A stretch of 64,000 bases of DNA, taken from positions 12,935 through 76,934 of the forward strand of contig CAZSQJ010000008.1 of NCBI GenBank assembly GCA_964608665.1, given 5' to 3'. The number at the start of each line of letters is the position of its first letter. Positions within the stretch are counted from its first letter, which is position 1. The notes beneath the pieces are model-generated. The model did not search any database. It was not told where the DNA came from and saw only the letters and a program-made list of their open reading frames with translations. A program made the translations under genes and the position numbers. The stretch comes from an uncultured Bacteroidales bacterium (GTDB taxonomy: Bacteria > Bacteroidota > Bacteroidia > Bacteroidales > CAIXZF01). This document shows positions 18,078 through 26,654 of this stretch, in pieces.

Positions 18078-20855
18078 TCAGAGCAGATAACTCCCGTTCA
18101 CATCTCCCATACAGATTGCTTTGACTGAAAGGGTGATTTGCCGGGATGCTGCGGCACTGAATGGGGCCGGTTCAAAATACCAGTCACCCGCCGGGAAGGC
18201 ACTCACGGCACCGATAAAGCGTTTCCCGATATGGAGGGCATCCAGGCTGTTGATCACCTGGTTATTGTCCACATCGGCTGCTTTGAGCGGAAGTCCCGTC
18301 AGTTGTAAAAGATGGACGAAATGCCGCAACACCAGCAGGGCGTCGGTGGCGTTGCTTCCACCCCATGGGAGTGAGGTATTGCATGCCAGTTCATACTGTC
18401 CGCGCAACAGCCTGCTGAACCCGAAGCAGCCATCATTGCCGGTCTCCGTTTGGGCAATGGTATCTCCTTCAGCCATCAGCCTTATCAGCGTCACCGGAAG
18501 CGGTGATGCGGCGGTGTTTGCATAAGACAGCGTACCAATGAGGGAATATTTCCCCAGGTCAAGCCGGTGGTTTCCCGGCGGCAGGAGGATCACGGAATCG
18601 ATGATCCCGTCCATACCTGTATGGCAGGCACCCTGCAGGCTGTCATCCAGGAAGCAGTAAACGCTGTCCATCACGGCCATATCGCCGGCCCAGAGCCTGA
18701 CCGTCCTGTTGCCCGGAAGGATTCCCGCCTGATGCTCCCTGATACCGGTATCGCCTTTGGCACTAAAGAGACACAGCACATCCCCAAGGTCGGCACCGGC
18801 GGTGCAGGAGTTCAATATTGCCACCCCTTCAGCCTGGGCCACAGCGCTGCTGTCGCCGATGCGTATGGCATGAAGAAATGTAAGGCTGTCGGTAATGCTG
18901 CCGGGCCGTACTTCCAGTCGCCAGCGTCCCGGACTTCCATGAATGGTATCGGGTGCGGCCAGGGGAGGGTAATTTGTGCCGTCGACCCAGTATTCATATC
19001 CGTTTCCGCCTGTCAGGCGAATGGAAGGATCAGGCGGCAGCAGGGTACGGATGGCCAGGTTGCCGCCACCGTTGGTAACTATGACGTCTGTTGCATCAAA
19101 ATCCATGATGTGTCCCGGTACCTCCTCCCCTGTCATCGTTCCGCTCACCTGGGGCTGATGCACCGTATGGAATACCAGGCAGGCATCGCGCTGTGCCGCA
19201 GCCATATGGTTGAGCAGCACATGATCCGCCACCAGAACGCGGCCGGGCTTGAGGAAGAGCAGCCGGCGCGTAAAGTTTCTGACCCTGGCAGTATCATAGG
19301 AAAGGCTTGCATCGGCGTGACTGAAAGACCAGCCGTTGCCTGTGGCATACCTTATCCACTTACCGCGTTGAAAGGCAGGAGCGAAAATATCGCTGTAATT
19401 CATCAGCGCCTGTGAATAAATCTGTCCGCCGTCATTGGCAACCACTTCATTGCCATACAGGAATACGCTGTTTGAATCGTACACGCACAGGCTGTTATGG
19501 GCGATGGTACGGGTGTAGTAATTTTTAAAGTGACTTCCGCCGTAGGTATCATAGCTGCCGGCATCGATGAGCAGGGGTTTATGGTGAAAAATGGCAAAGC
19601 TGTTGTTATCGCGGTGTTCATGCGAAGCCCTTTTGGACGGGGAATTAAAAAACCATACGAGTGTAGCATCGGTATCCCAGGAGGTGCGGCTCACGCTCAG
19701 TCCGACCTTGTCTGCCCACCAGTTCAGCGGCGGAGCAGGTTTGGCCACCGGCGGCATGCTGAAATCCATATACAGCAGCTTACGAAACACAGGCACAGTC
19801 CAGGTGAGGAAAGCTGCCTGGGAATAGTACTGTGCCATCCAGCGGCTGCGGTCATCCTGGAACAGCTGTGCATGGCGGTAGATCACATTGTCGGCAGTAA
19901 GGCCCGTCATCCCGTCACCAAGGTGTATGGTCCAGTGGTCGGGCCGGATGAAATACCAGTATTGGTTGATGGATTCCTGCACCCACGGAAGGTCGGCAAA
20001 GAAGTTCTTTCCGGTGGCAAACAGCATATCGTCGAAAAGCTGGAACTGGTCAGTAAGGCTCCACATCGCGTATGCGGCGCCCCAGTTCCAACCGCCGTCG
20101 TCGTCGCGGTAGTATGAATAGCAGGGCAGGAAGCCGTTTATCCACTTGTCGTAAACCACCTGGTACCAGCTCATCACGGTATCCTGCTGTCCGTTGTTCA
20201 GGCCGCCGGCCTGGTAAAGGGCCAGGTTGTTCCGCATGGCGAAGACGCAGTTCAGGGCATTATGACTGGAAACATAACTGTTGCCGGCAGAGGACAGGAT
20301 ATACAGGTTCATGAACGTCCGCTGCATGCGGTAGTGTGCCAGGGCAAGCTGTTGGCGGCCGGCCTCGGGCAGGGAATCGTAGCCCCAGTCGAGCAGCAGG
20401 GAAGCAGCATCGCTGAAGGTACGGATCAGCGTTTCCCGCTGGTACCATTCCATCTGGCCGAGGTTCACCGTATCTAGGTATTCCGTGCATTTCCTGACCA
20501 GAAAGCGGCATCGTTTCAGTTGGATTGGTTCATGGTTCACCTTCCAGAGGAAGACGGTGAACACTGCCTGCCACTGGGCCCAGGGAGAAGCCCATGTCCA
20601 TGTCCAGAGGCTCGTATCCGATCCGGTCATATACAGTTCCGGGTCGTTGATCCAGTTGTTGTTGTAGCGGTTCAGGAAATCATTGTAGGTAGCGCCGCAT
20701 TCGCCCTGGGTGCGGTTTTGTGCGATCCAGTCAAGCCGCCCGGCGGAAGCGAATACCCTTGGCCGAGAGGAGTGAATGGCGGGGTATTGCTGGGCCGGCA
20801 AAGGACAGAACGGTAAAAAGCAAAGCAGGAAGAACAGCCTGGATTTCATATTCAT
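18078..20855 (-). CDS. Heparinase II/III-like (polysaccharide lyase) protein with a C-terminal beta-sandwich plus dockerin-like module
   Basis: Signal peptide MNMKSRLFFLLCFLPFCPLPAQQ. HEHRDNNSFAIFHHKPLLIDAG resembles the Hepar_II_III core motif. The C-terminus is LPWGGSNATDALLVLRHF...AADVDNNQVINSLDALHIGKRF...PAGDW...MGDVNGSYLL. There is no T9SS CTD. Confidence 0.65.
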   Translation of the reverse strand: MNMKSRLFFLLCFLPFCPLPAQQYPAIHSSRPRVFASAGRLDWIAQNRTQGECGATYNDFLNRYNNNWINDPELYMTGSDTSLWTWTWASPWAQWQAVFTVFLWKVNHEPIQLKRCRFLVRKCTEYLDTVNLGQMEWYQRETLIRTFSDAASLLLDWGYDSLPEAGRQQLALAHYRMQRTFMNLYILSSAGNSYVSSHNALNCVFAMRNNLALYQAGGLNNGQQDTVMSWYQVVYDKWINGFLPCYSYYRDDDGGWNWGAAYAMWSLTDQFQLFDDMLFATGKNFFADLPWVQESINQYWYFIRPDHWTIHLGDGMTGLTADNVIYRHAQLFQDDRSRWMAQYYSQAAFLTWTVPVFRKLLYMDFSMPPVAKPAPPLNWWADKVGLSVSRTSWDTDATLVWFFNSPSKRASHEHRDNNSFAIFHHKPLLIDAGSYDTYGGSHFKNYYTRTIAHNSLCVYDSNSVFLYGNEVVANDGGQIYSQALMNYSDIFAPAFQRGKWIRYATGNGWSFSHADASLSYDTARVRNFTRRLLFLKPGRVLVADHVLLNHMAAAQRDACLVFHTVHQPQVSGTMTGEEVPGHIMDFDATDVIVTNGGGNLAIRTLLPPDPSIRLTGGNGYEYWVDGTNYPPLAAPDTIHGSPGRWRLEVRPGSITDSLTFLHAIRIGDSSAVAQAEGVAILNSCTAGADLGDVLCLFSAKGDTGIREHQAGILPGNRTVRLWAGDMAVMDSVYCFLDDSLQGACHTGMDGIIDSVILLPPGNHRLDLGKYSLIGTLSYANTAASPLPVTLIRLMAEGDTIAQTETGNDGCFGFSRLLRGQYELACNTSLPWGGSNATDALLVLRHFVHLLQLTGLPLKAADVDNNQVINSLDALHIGKRFIGAVSAFPAGDWYFEPAPFSAAASRQITLSVKAICMGDVNGSYLL
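18081..18550 (-). other. Beta-sandwich plus dockerin-like module (copy 2 of 4)
   Basis: Aligns by eye with 3241-3708. It forms the extreme C-terminus of the lyase-like protein. Confidence 0.6.
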
Positions 20856-21054
20856 GGTAATTTCTTTAACACTGATCGCCTGACAGTTTGATTAACATTG
20901 ACAAATCTCAGCCCGTTCATATCAACTGATTGCCGTTTCACCTTTAGTCCACACAAGAAATGGGTGTAAATATAGATTATATATTGGTATTTGAATGGAC
21001 CTTTTAACACCAAACCTAGTTGTCAACAATAAGCTGGACAATCAAATTTTGCAG

Positions 21055-21062
21055 TAACTTTG
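21055..21062 (+). promoter_or_regulatory. Bacteroidota-type -7 box (TAnnTTTG) upstream of the methyltransferase
   Basis: TAACTTTG lies 16 nt upstream of the ATG at 21078, in an AT-rich spacer. Confidence 0.4.
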
Positions 21063-21077
21063 TGTAAAGAAGACTGA

Positions 21078-21959
21078 ATGATGGAAATCAGGACTGATAT
21101 TTACCTGGGAGACAGCAAGGAAATCCTGAAAGGGTTGGACGACAATTCGGTTGATCTCATTGTAACTTCTCCTCCATATGCAGATCAGCGGAACGGAACC
21201 TACGGCGGGATCAGGCATGACAGATATGTTGAATGGTTTCTTCCGGTTTCGGAGCAACTCCTCAGGGTTTTAAAACCTGAAGGCACTTTCATCCTGAACA
21301 TTAAAGAAAAGGTCGTCGATGGAGAAAGAAGCACTTATGTGATGGAGTTGATACTTGAGATGCGAAAACAAGGTTGGTTATGGACTGAAGAGTTTATCTG
21401 GCACAAAAAAAACTGCTATCCGGGCAAGTGGCCAAACAGATTCAGGGATGCCTGGGAGCGGTTGTTGCAGTTCAATAAAACCAGAAAATTCAATATGTAT
21501 CAGGAGGCTGTGATGGTGCCCATGGGGGACTGGTCTAAAAGCCGGCTCAGGAAACTCAGTGAAACCGACAAAATCAGAGATAACTCAAAGGTGGGAAGTG
21601 GTTTCGGGAAGAATATATCGAACTGGTTGACACGTGACAAGGCCTATCCGACCAATGTACTGCATCTTGCAACGGAGTGCAGCAATAAAAATCACAGTGC
21701 AGCATTCCCTGAAGAACTTCCTGAATGGTTTATTAAGCTGTTTACCAGAGAAAATGACATCGTACTAGATCCTTTTATGGGATCTGGCACAACCCTTATC
21801 GTCGCAAACAGGATGATGAGGCACTCCATTGGTATAGATATCATGCGTGAATACTATGAAATGGTAAAAAAATCAATTAAGCCGGTTGAACTATACCTCC
21901 TTGAATCACAGGAACACTATGACGTCATTAAATCTGTCAGACGTATATCACTACGTTGA
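21078..21959 (+). CDS. Type II DNA methyltransferase, beta-class N4-cytosine/N6-adenine family (SPPY type)
   Basis: Motif IV DLIVTSPPY is near the N-terminus and motif I DPFMGSGTT is near the C-terminus, which is the beta-class permutation. SPPY is most often seen in N4-cytosine enzymes. Confidence 0.85.
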   Translation: MMEIRTDIYLGDSKEILKGLDDNSVDLIVTSPPYADQRNGTYGGIRHDRYVEWFLPVSEQLLRVLKPEGTFILNIKEKVVDGERSTYVMELILEMRKQGWLWTEEFIWHKKNCYPGKWPNRFRDAWERLLQFNKTRKFNMYQEAVMVPMGDWSKSRLRKLSETDKIRDNSKVGSGFGKNISNWLTRDKAYPTNVLHLATECSNKNHSAAFPEELPEWFIKLFTRENDIVLDPFMGSGTTLIVANRMMRHSIGIDIMREYYEMVKKSIKPVELYLLESQEHYDVIKSVRRISLR

Positions 21960-22662
21960 GGAAAACATTGCCACTTTTCACAGGAAGCGGATTCACAGCC
22001 TGGACGGTTTAAAACTAAGCCAGATTCTTAAACGAAAGAATCCATATTTATTCAAGGCAAAATACCTGCTGACATCAGAGGCCATCATCAAAAGCCTCCT
22101 TGATGCTCACATTTCATCAAACGAAGAAACTATTTTCGGGGACTGGCTGGAAGGACTTGCAATATTCATAAACAACAAAGTTTATGGCGGTAAAAAATCT
22201 GGTATCAAAGGAATTGACCTCGAGTTTGACATTGAAGACAAACGATATATCGTAAGCATCAAATCCGGACCAAATTGGGGCAACAGTTCCCAGATCACAA
22301 AAATGATTTCTGATTTTAAAACCGCTTCAAAGGTATTGAGAACAAGCAACTCTGGAATAATTGTGGTAGCTGTGAATGGTTGTTGCTATGGCAAAGACAA
22401 ATACCCGGATAAGGGTGAATATTTTAAGTACTGCGGTCAGCGTTTCTGGGAGTTCATTTCCGGCTCATCAAACCTGTATACGGATATTATTATTCCACTC
22501 GGATATCAGGCAAAAGAAAGAAATGAAGCATTCACCATATCATATACACAGATGATCAACAGATTTACAAAAACATTTTCAAATGATTTCTGTAATGATA
22601 ATGGCGAAATTGACTGGGTGAAGCTTGTCGAATTCAATTCAAAAACAGTATCTGAAGGTTGA
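21919..22662 (+). CDS. Putative cognate type II restriction endonuclease (PD-(D/E)XK-like)
   Basis: Lies immediately downstream of and overlapping the methyltransferase (41 nt with the ATG at 21919; the track TTG start is at 21886). Candidate catalytic segment GIDLEFDIEDKRYIVSIKSG. I recognise no other family. Confidence 0.55.
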   Translation: MTSLNLSDVYHYVEENIATFHRKRIHSLDGLKLSQILKRKNPYLFKAKYLLTSEAIIKSLLDAHISSNEETIFGDWLEGLAIFINNKVYGGKKSGIKGIDLEFDIEDKRYIVSIKSGPNWGNSSQITKMISDFKTASKVLRTSNSGIIVVAVNGCCYGKDKYPDKGEYFKYCGQRFWEFISGSSNLYTDIIIPLGYQAKERNEAFTISYTQMINRFTKTFSNDFCNDNGEIDWVKLVEFNSKTVSEG

Positions 22663-22831
22663 ATGATCATCCCTTCATCACGGAAAACATCCATATATAC
22701 CGGCACTTAGCATCAATGTGGTTCCATCACGCAATTGTCTGATCGTTGGCGGTTATGCCGTTGCTTTCCATAAGCATCCGCAGCCGAAAAGTTTTTACCT
22801 TCGCAGGCAACATCAGGAATTTCTAAACACC

Positions 22832-23716
22832 ATGGGTTTATACCGCCGCAGGATATTCGCCGGGATCAGGCAATGTGACCTTCCTCTTACCGGGAAGATC
22901 TCCAATCTGCTGGCAACATGCTTCCTTCCGCCGCCGCAGGCCGAAGTCACCATACAGACAGGCCACGGCTTCAGGATGACCATCAACCCGGTAATTGATG
23001 CCGGGGTTGAGAGAAGCCTTTACCGTTTCGGCACCTATGAGCCGGGAACCCTGCACTGGATGCGGCTATTGCTGGCTGAAGGGGATTGTTTTGCCGATGT
23101 GGGGGCCAATATCGGACTGATGTCGCTGTACGCGTCAAAACTGGTTGGAGATAAAGGCCGGGTGATCGCTTTTGAACCAAACCCGGTAACGCGGGAGCTG
23201 TTGTTCCGCAACATCGCCCTTAACGGCTACAGCAACATCAAGGTGGAGGAGTACGCGGTATCTGCAGAAGTCAAAGCAGGAAAGATCTACGACCGCTGGG
23301 ACGTAAACCGGGGCGGTGCCACACTGATAAAGCCATCCGGGGATGTCACAGGCTATAATATCCGGGAGACCAGCCTGACATCATATTTCACCGGTCAGGC
23401 CGGACCTGACCTGGTGAAAATCGACATCGAAGGGTACGAACTTGAAGCACTGCGGGGAGCCCTGGGCCTGTTGCAGGGGGAAAAACCTCCCGTTCTGATC
23501 GTGGAATGTTCGGCCGTAAGGGCTGTCAACTACCACATGAACGTAAAGGATATCTTCGATCTGGTCACTGCCTGCGGATACCGGGTTTTTAAATCAAAGA
23601 AGGAAAAGATCAAGGGTTTGCGGGAGGTTCTCACTGCCGGTACACTTCCGCTTCACGACAATATTTACTGTTTCCCTGATAAACTGCCGGATAGGATTCG
23701 CCGACTGCTTCCCTGA
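22832..23716 (+). CDS. FkbM-family SAM-dependent methyltransferase
   Basis: FADVGANIGLMSLYASKLVGDKGRVIAFEPNP and KIDIEGYELEAL motifs. I chose the ATG at 22832; the track GTG start at 22718 adds an unrelated-looking 38 aa. Confidence 0.75.
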   Translation: MGLYRRRIFAGIRQCDLPLTGKISNLLATCFLPPPQAEVTIQTGHGFRMTINPVIDAGVERSLYRFGTYEPGTLHWMRLLLAEGDCFADVGANIGLMSLYASKLVGDKGRVIAFEPNPVTRELLFRNIALNGYSNIKVEEYAVSAEVKAGKIYDRWDVNRGGATLIKPSGDVTGYNIRETSLTSYFTGQAGPDLVKIDIEGYELEALRGALGLLQGEKPPVLIVECSAVRAVNYHMNVKDIFDLVTACGYRVFKSKKEKIKGLREVLTAGTLPLHDNIYCFPDKLPDRIRRLLP

Positions 23717-23725
23717 GATGAGGGC

Positions 23726-23825
23726 CATACCGAAAGCACACAGGAATGCCGTGTGTGTTTCCAGAGTCATCGGTATGATTAATCTCAACGAAAATTGGAC
23801 CGCACTTTCATTTCGATTCAGTATA
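23726..23825 (+). repeat. Copy C of the multi-hairpin intergenic repeat (more divergent, small indels)
   Basis: The outer stem is CATACCGA/TCGGTATG, a compensatory T>C with A>G change relative to copies A and B. The inner stem is CACACA/TGTGTG. Its 3' end overlaps the last 6 codons of the minus-strand glycosyltransferase. Confidence 0.7.
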
Positions 23826-24881
23826 ATCTTCCAGGAGTTTAAGCAGGGATAGGCCACGCTTTTCCAGTGAATAATTTCGCATGATATGCTCCCGGGCCTT
23901 TTGCCCTGCGGCTTCCATTTTGCCTGTCTGCAGTGCTTTGCCGGTCAACTCCCTGAGCATTCCGGGGTCACGTTTTTGCAGGACAAAGCCGGATTCGCCG
24001 GCAATCCCCGGAAGGATATTGACCACGGACACGATCGGGATACATTCGCAGAGCATGGCTTCGCAAAGGGCGAGTCCAAATCCTTCGAAAACACTCAGTT
24101 GCATATGGAAGCGACATCGGCTGTAGAGGTGCCTTAATTCCTCCATTGACATCCGGCCGGTAAATACCACATTGGGGGGAAGCTTTCCGGAGGGAGGCGA
24201 ACAGCCGGCAATATGGAACCGGCAGCCGGGAAAATCCTCCGCCACCTTTAAAATAAGGTCACCGCCTTTCAGCATAAACTGGCCTTCCCCAATGACTGAG
24301 ACAAAGGCATTGTCTTCTTTCCGGACTGCCGGAAGTTTCTGCCAGAAAAGGGTATTCAGCCCGTTACTGATCACCGTGTAAGGCGTCTTCAGATTCGGGA
24401 AGAAGTGTTTGAACCCCTGCCTGTTTTCTGCAGGGTTTCCGCTGTCGTAATAGTCATTTTCCGTATAGGCCAGTGATTCACTTACCGGCAGCAGCCTTGT
24501 CGCCAGGCGCATCGCAGTCCTGCATGCGGCCCTGGACAGTCTTTTCCGCAGGCTGCCGTAGGGGATCGACGGTATGGATGCACATTCCGTACCATGAAGG
24601 ATGAGAAAGACCGGTTTGCCGGTCAGTCTGCCAAGCAGGCCCGGCAATACGGCCCAGTAGCCGGCGAAAGAAATAAAGATAGCGTCTGTTTCCCACAGTT
24701 CCCGGCAAAACATGAACACCTGCCTCAGGAGATTGACGGGAACTGAGCTGGCTTTCCTCCACGGAAAAAGCTGGGAAACCACCCGGCAGTGCTTTCCCAG
24801 CAATTCGAGATCGTTTTTCACGAAGCCCGAATCGACCGGTGATATGTAAATGATCTTGCTGATGGCTTTTTGATCAGGCAT
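23808..24881 (-). CDS. GT4-family (group 1) glycosyltransferase
   Basis: EGFGLALCEAM (E-x7-E region) and a typical GT-B C-terminal half. I chose the ATG at 24881; the track TTG start is at 24902. Confidence 0.8.
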   Translation of the reverse strand: MPDQKAISKIIYISPVDSGFVKNDLELLGKHCRVVSQLFPWRKASSVPVNLLRQVFMFCRELWETDAIFISFAGYWAVLPGLLGRLTGKPVFLILHGTECASIPSIPYGSLRKRLSRAACRTAMRLATRLLPVSESLAYTENDYYDSGNPAENRQGFKHFFPNLKTPYTVISNGLNTLFWQKLPAVRKEDNAFVSVIGEGQFMLKGGDLILKVAEDFPGCRFHIAGCSPPSGKLPPNVVFTGRMSMEELRHLYSRCRFHMQLSVFEGFGLALCEAMLCECIPIVSVVNILPGIAGESGFVLQKRDPGMLRELTGKALQTGKMEAAGQKAREHIMRNYSLEKRGLSLLKLLEDYTESK

Positions 24882-24947
24882 GCCGGGTTTGAATTTCGGC
24901 AAAGATACGCAGGCGGGGAAATGCCGGCGCCACTTCCCTTGATTTTC

Positions 24948-26225
24948 TCAGAAAACAGTCCTGGAACCGTTCACATCACCGTAACACAGTCCTTTGATCG
25001 TCACCTGTACATTGCTGCTGCCGTCGAACAGCACTTCAGGATTTTCGAAAAGCCAGTCTCCGACCGGGAATCCAAAAATCAAGCCCACAAACCGTTTGGC
25101 TGCCAGGAGGGCATCGGTGGCATTGATGATATGGTTACCGTCGAGGTTTCCGGCTTCTTCCCTCAATCCGGCAAGGCCGCCCAGTCCAACGAACTGCTTC
25201 AGGATCAGCAGGGCATCGTCGGAGTTGACCCCGCCCCAGGGGATGTCTGTCTCAGTGACCAGCCTGTAGATGCCGGGTGAGAGTGCAGGAAAGGAAAAAC
25301 TGCCGTTTGCATCAGTAATGGCAGAATCGGCAATGGTACAGCATCCCACTTTGAGGGACACCTTCACACCGGCCAGGGGTGTTGAATCCGCGTTGTCGTA
25401 GAAAACAATTCCGCCAAGGTCAGCCAGTCCCAGCAAGGTTTCGTATGCAATGGCGGCATCGAAGGTTTCGTTCACCAGTTGCGGTGCTACCAGCTGGGTT
25501 GCGGCGGCATTGGGATGGCTGTCCCATGCAGACACTGCATAGGCCGGGTTCAGGTAGCCCTGAGCATTGGCGACTTTATGGAAATAATCGAATACGTACA
25601 CATTGGGAGGGAATTGTCCGTAAAGCGGGTCAAGGCCGGCAGCCAGGGTATCTTTGGCCCATTTGCTGAAGCGGTGGGAACGCTGGGCTTCATTGTAATT
25701 GGTGGCATTCTGAACCAGTGGCGCATTGGTCCAGATCACGAAAAAATGATCCGGGTGGCTTTCCATTACAGCCACAAATTTCCTCCAGTGCCATTTGTAA
25801 TTGTACACCGTTTTCAAGGTGGGATTCAGGGTGTCTGACGCCTGTCCTTCGGCCACAATGTTAGAACAGGGATAACAGGACTTGATCATCAGGACGGGAT
25901 TCCCGGCGAAGAAACTGAACACATTTTCGGGGTAGGCATCCGTAAAGATGGTATGCCAGGTTGACCATTCATTATCGCTGAAGGAAGGGAACCAGGTTTC
26001 CGTCATACTGACGGCCTGGGCTCCAGAGTATCCGTGTGCCTGGTTGTAAATCTGGATTTGCTGGGGAACGCTTGTAGTACTGCCGTTTGGCCCCCAGATA
26101 TTCCCGCCGGTACTGTGATGCAGGAAGATTCCGTTACGGATGACCGGATTCTGGCCGTATGTCAGACCAGCGATCATGAGTACCAACACCAGGCTGATGG
26201 GACGGTTCAGATTGGAATGGACCAT
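24948..26225 (-). CDS. Secreted protein with an N-terminal SGNH/GDSL-like hydrolase candidate domain plus a C-terminal beta-sandwich and dockerin-like module
   Basis: Signal peptide ISLVLVLMIAGLTYGQ. FLHHSTGGNIW near the N-terminus and WDSHPN (D-x-x-H-like block V) give weak support for an SGNH-like fold. The C-terminus is IPWGGVNSDDALLILKQF...GNLDGNHIINATDALLAAKRF...PVGDW...YGDVNGS. Confidence 0.6.
   Translation of the reverse strand: MVHSNLNRPISLVLVLMIAGLTYGQNPVIRNGIFLHHSTGGNIWGPNGSTTSVPQQIQIYNQAHGYSGAQAVSMTETWFPSFSDNEWSTWHTIFTDAYPENVFSFFAGNPVLMIKSCYPCSNIVAEGQASDTLNPTLKTVYNYKWHWRKFVAVMESHPDHFFVIWTNAPLVQNATNYNEAQRSHRFSKWAKDTLAAGLDPLYGQFPPNVYVFDYFHKVANAQGYLNPAYAVSAWDSHPNAAATQLVAPQLVNETFDAAIAYETLLGLADLGGIVFYDNADSTPLAGVKVSLKVGCCTIADSAITDANGSFSFPALSPGIYRLVTETDIPWGGVNSDDALLILKQFVGLGGLAGLREEAGNLDGNHIINATDALLAAKRFVGLIFGFPVGDWLFENPEVLFDGSSNVQVTIKGLCYGDVNGSRTVF
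24951..25420 (-). other. Beta-sandwich plus dockerin-like module (copy 3 of 4)
   Basis: Aligns by eye with 3241-3708 and 18081-18550. Confidence 0.6.
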
Positions 26226-26228
26226 ATC

Positions 26229-26630
26229 TCAGAGTTTGCTGATTTCGAAAGTGCCCGCATCGACTGTTTGCCTGTTACGGGTGATCTCCACCCGTTTCAC
26301 GACCGCAGTTTGGCCGGCAAGGGTGGTATCTTCGGCAAAAACATAAAGGGTATAATGGCCTTTACGCAGGTATTTGAACTCAAAACGTCCGTCGGGACCG
26401 GTTCTGATCCGGTCACTGTAACTGACATCATCACCATAGACAATATATACCCATTCATCTGCCCCCATATACGTACCCTGGATCACCAGCATGTTCACAT
26501 TGTAATCCGTGACATGGACGGCACCGGTAATTGCGGAATTGCCGCCGGTTCCGGCTTCCTTTTCGCAGGATGCCGTCATCAGGGCAAAGAGGACAAGGAT
26601 CAGGAATCCTGGTTTACGGTTACGCATCAT
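26229..26630 (-). CDS. Small lipoprotein with a carboxypeptidase-regulatory/transthyretin-like beta-sandwich; paralog of 32140..32553
   Basis: Lipobox-like LMTASC. About 45% identity by eye to the 137-aa protein at 32140..32553 (shared CEKE.G.GG, GDD.SYS.R.RT..DG.FEF.YLRKGHY). Confidence 0.7.
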   Translation of the reverse strand: MMRNRKPGFLILVLFALMTASCEKEAGTGGNSAITGAVHVTDYNVNMLVIQGTYMGADEWVYIVYGDDVSYSDRIRTGPDGRFEFKYLRKGHYTLYVFAEDTTLAGQTAVVKRVEITRNRQTVDAGTFEISKL

Positions 26631-26654
26631 GGGTTTATTATTTAAGAGCTCAGG

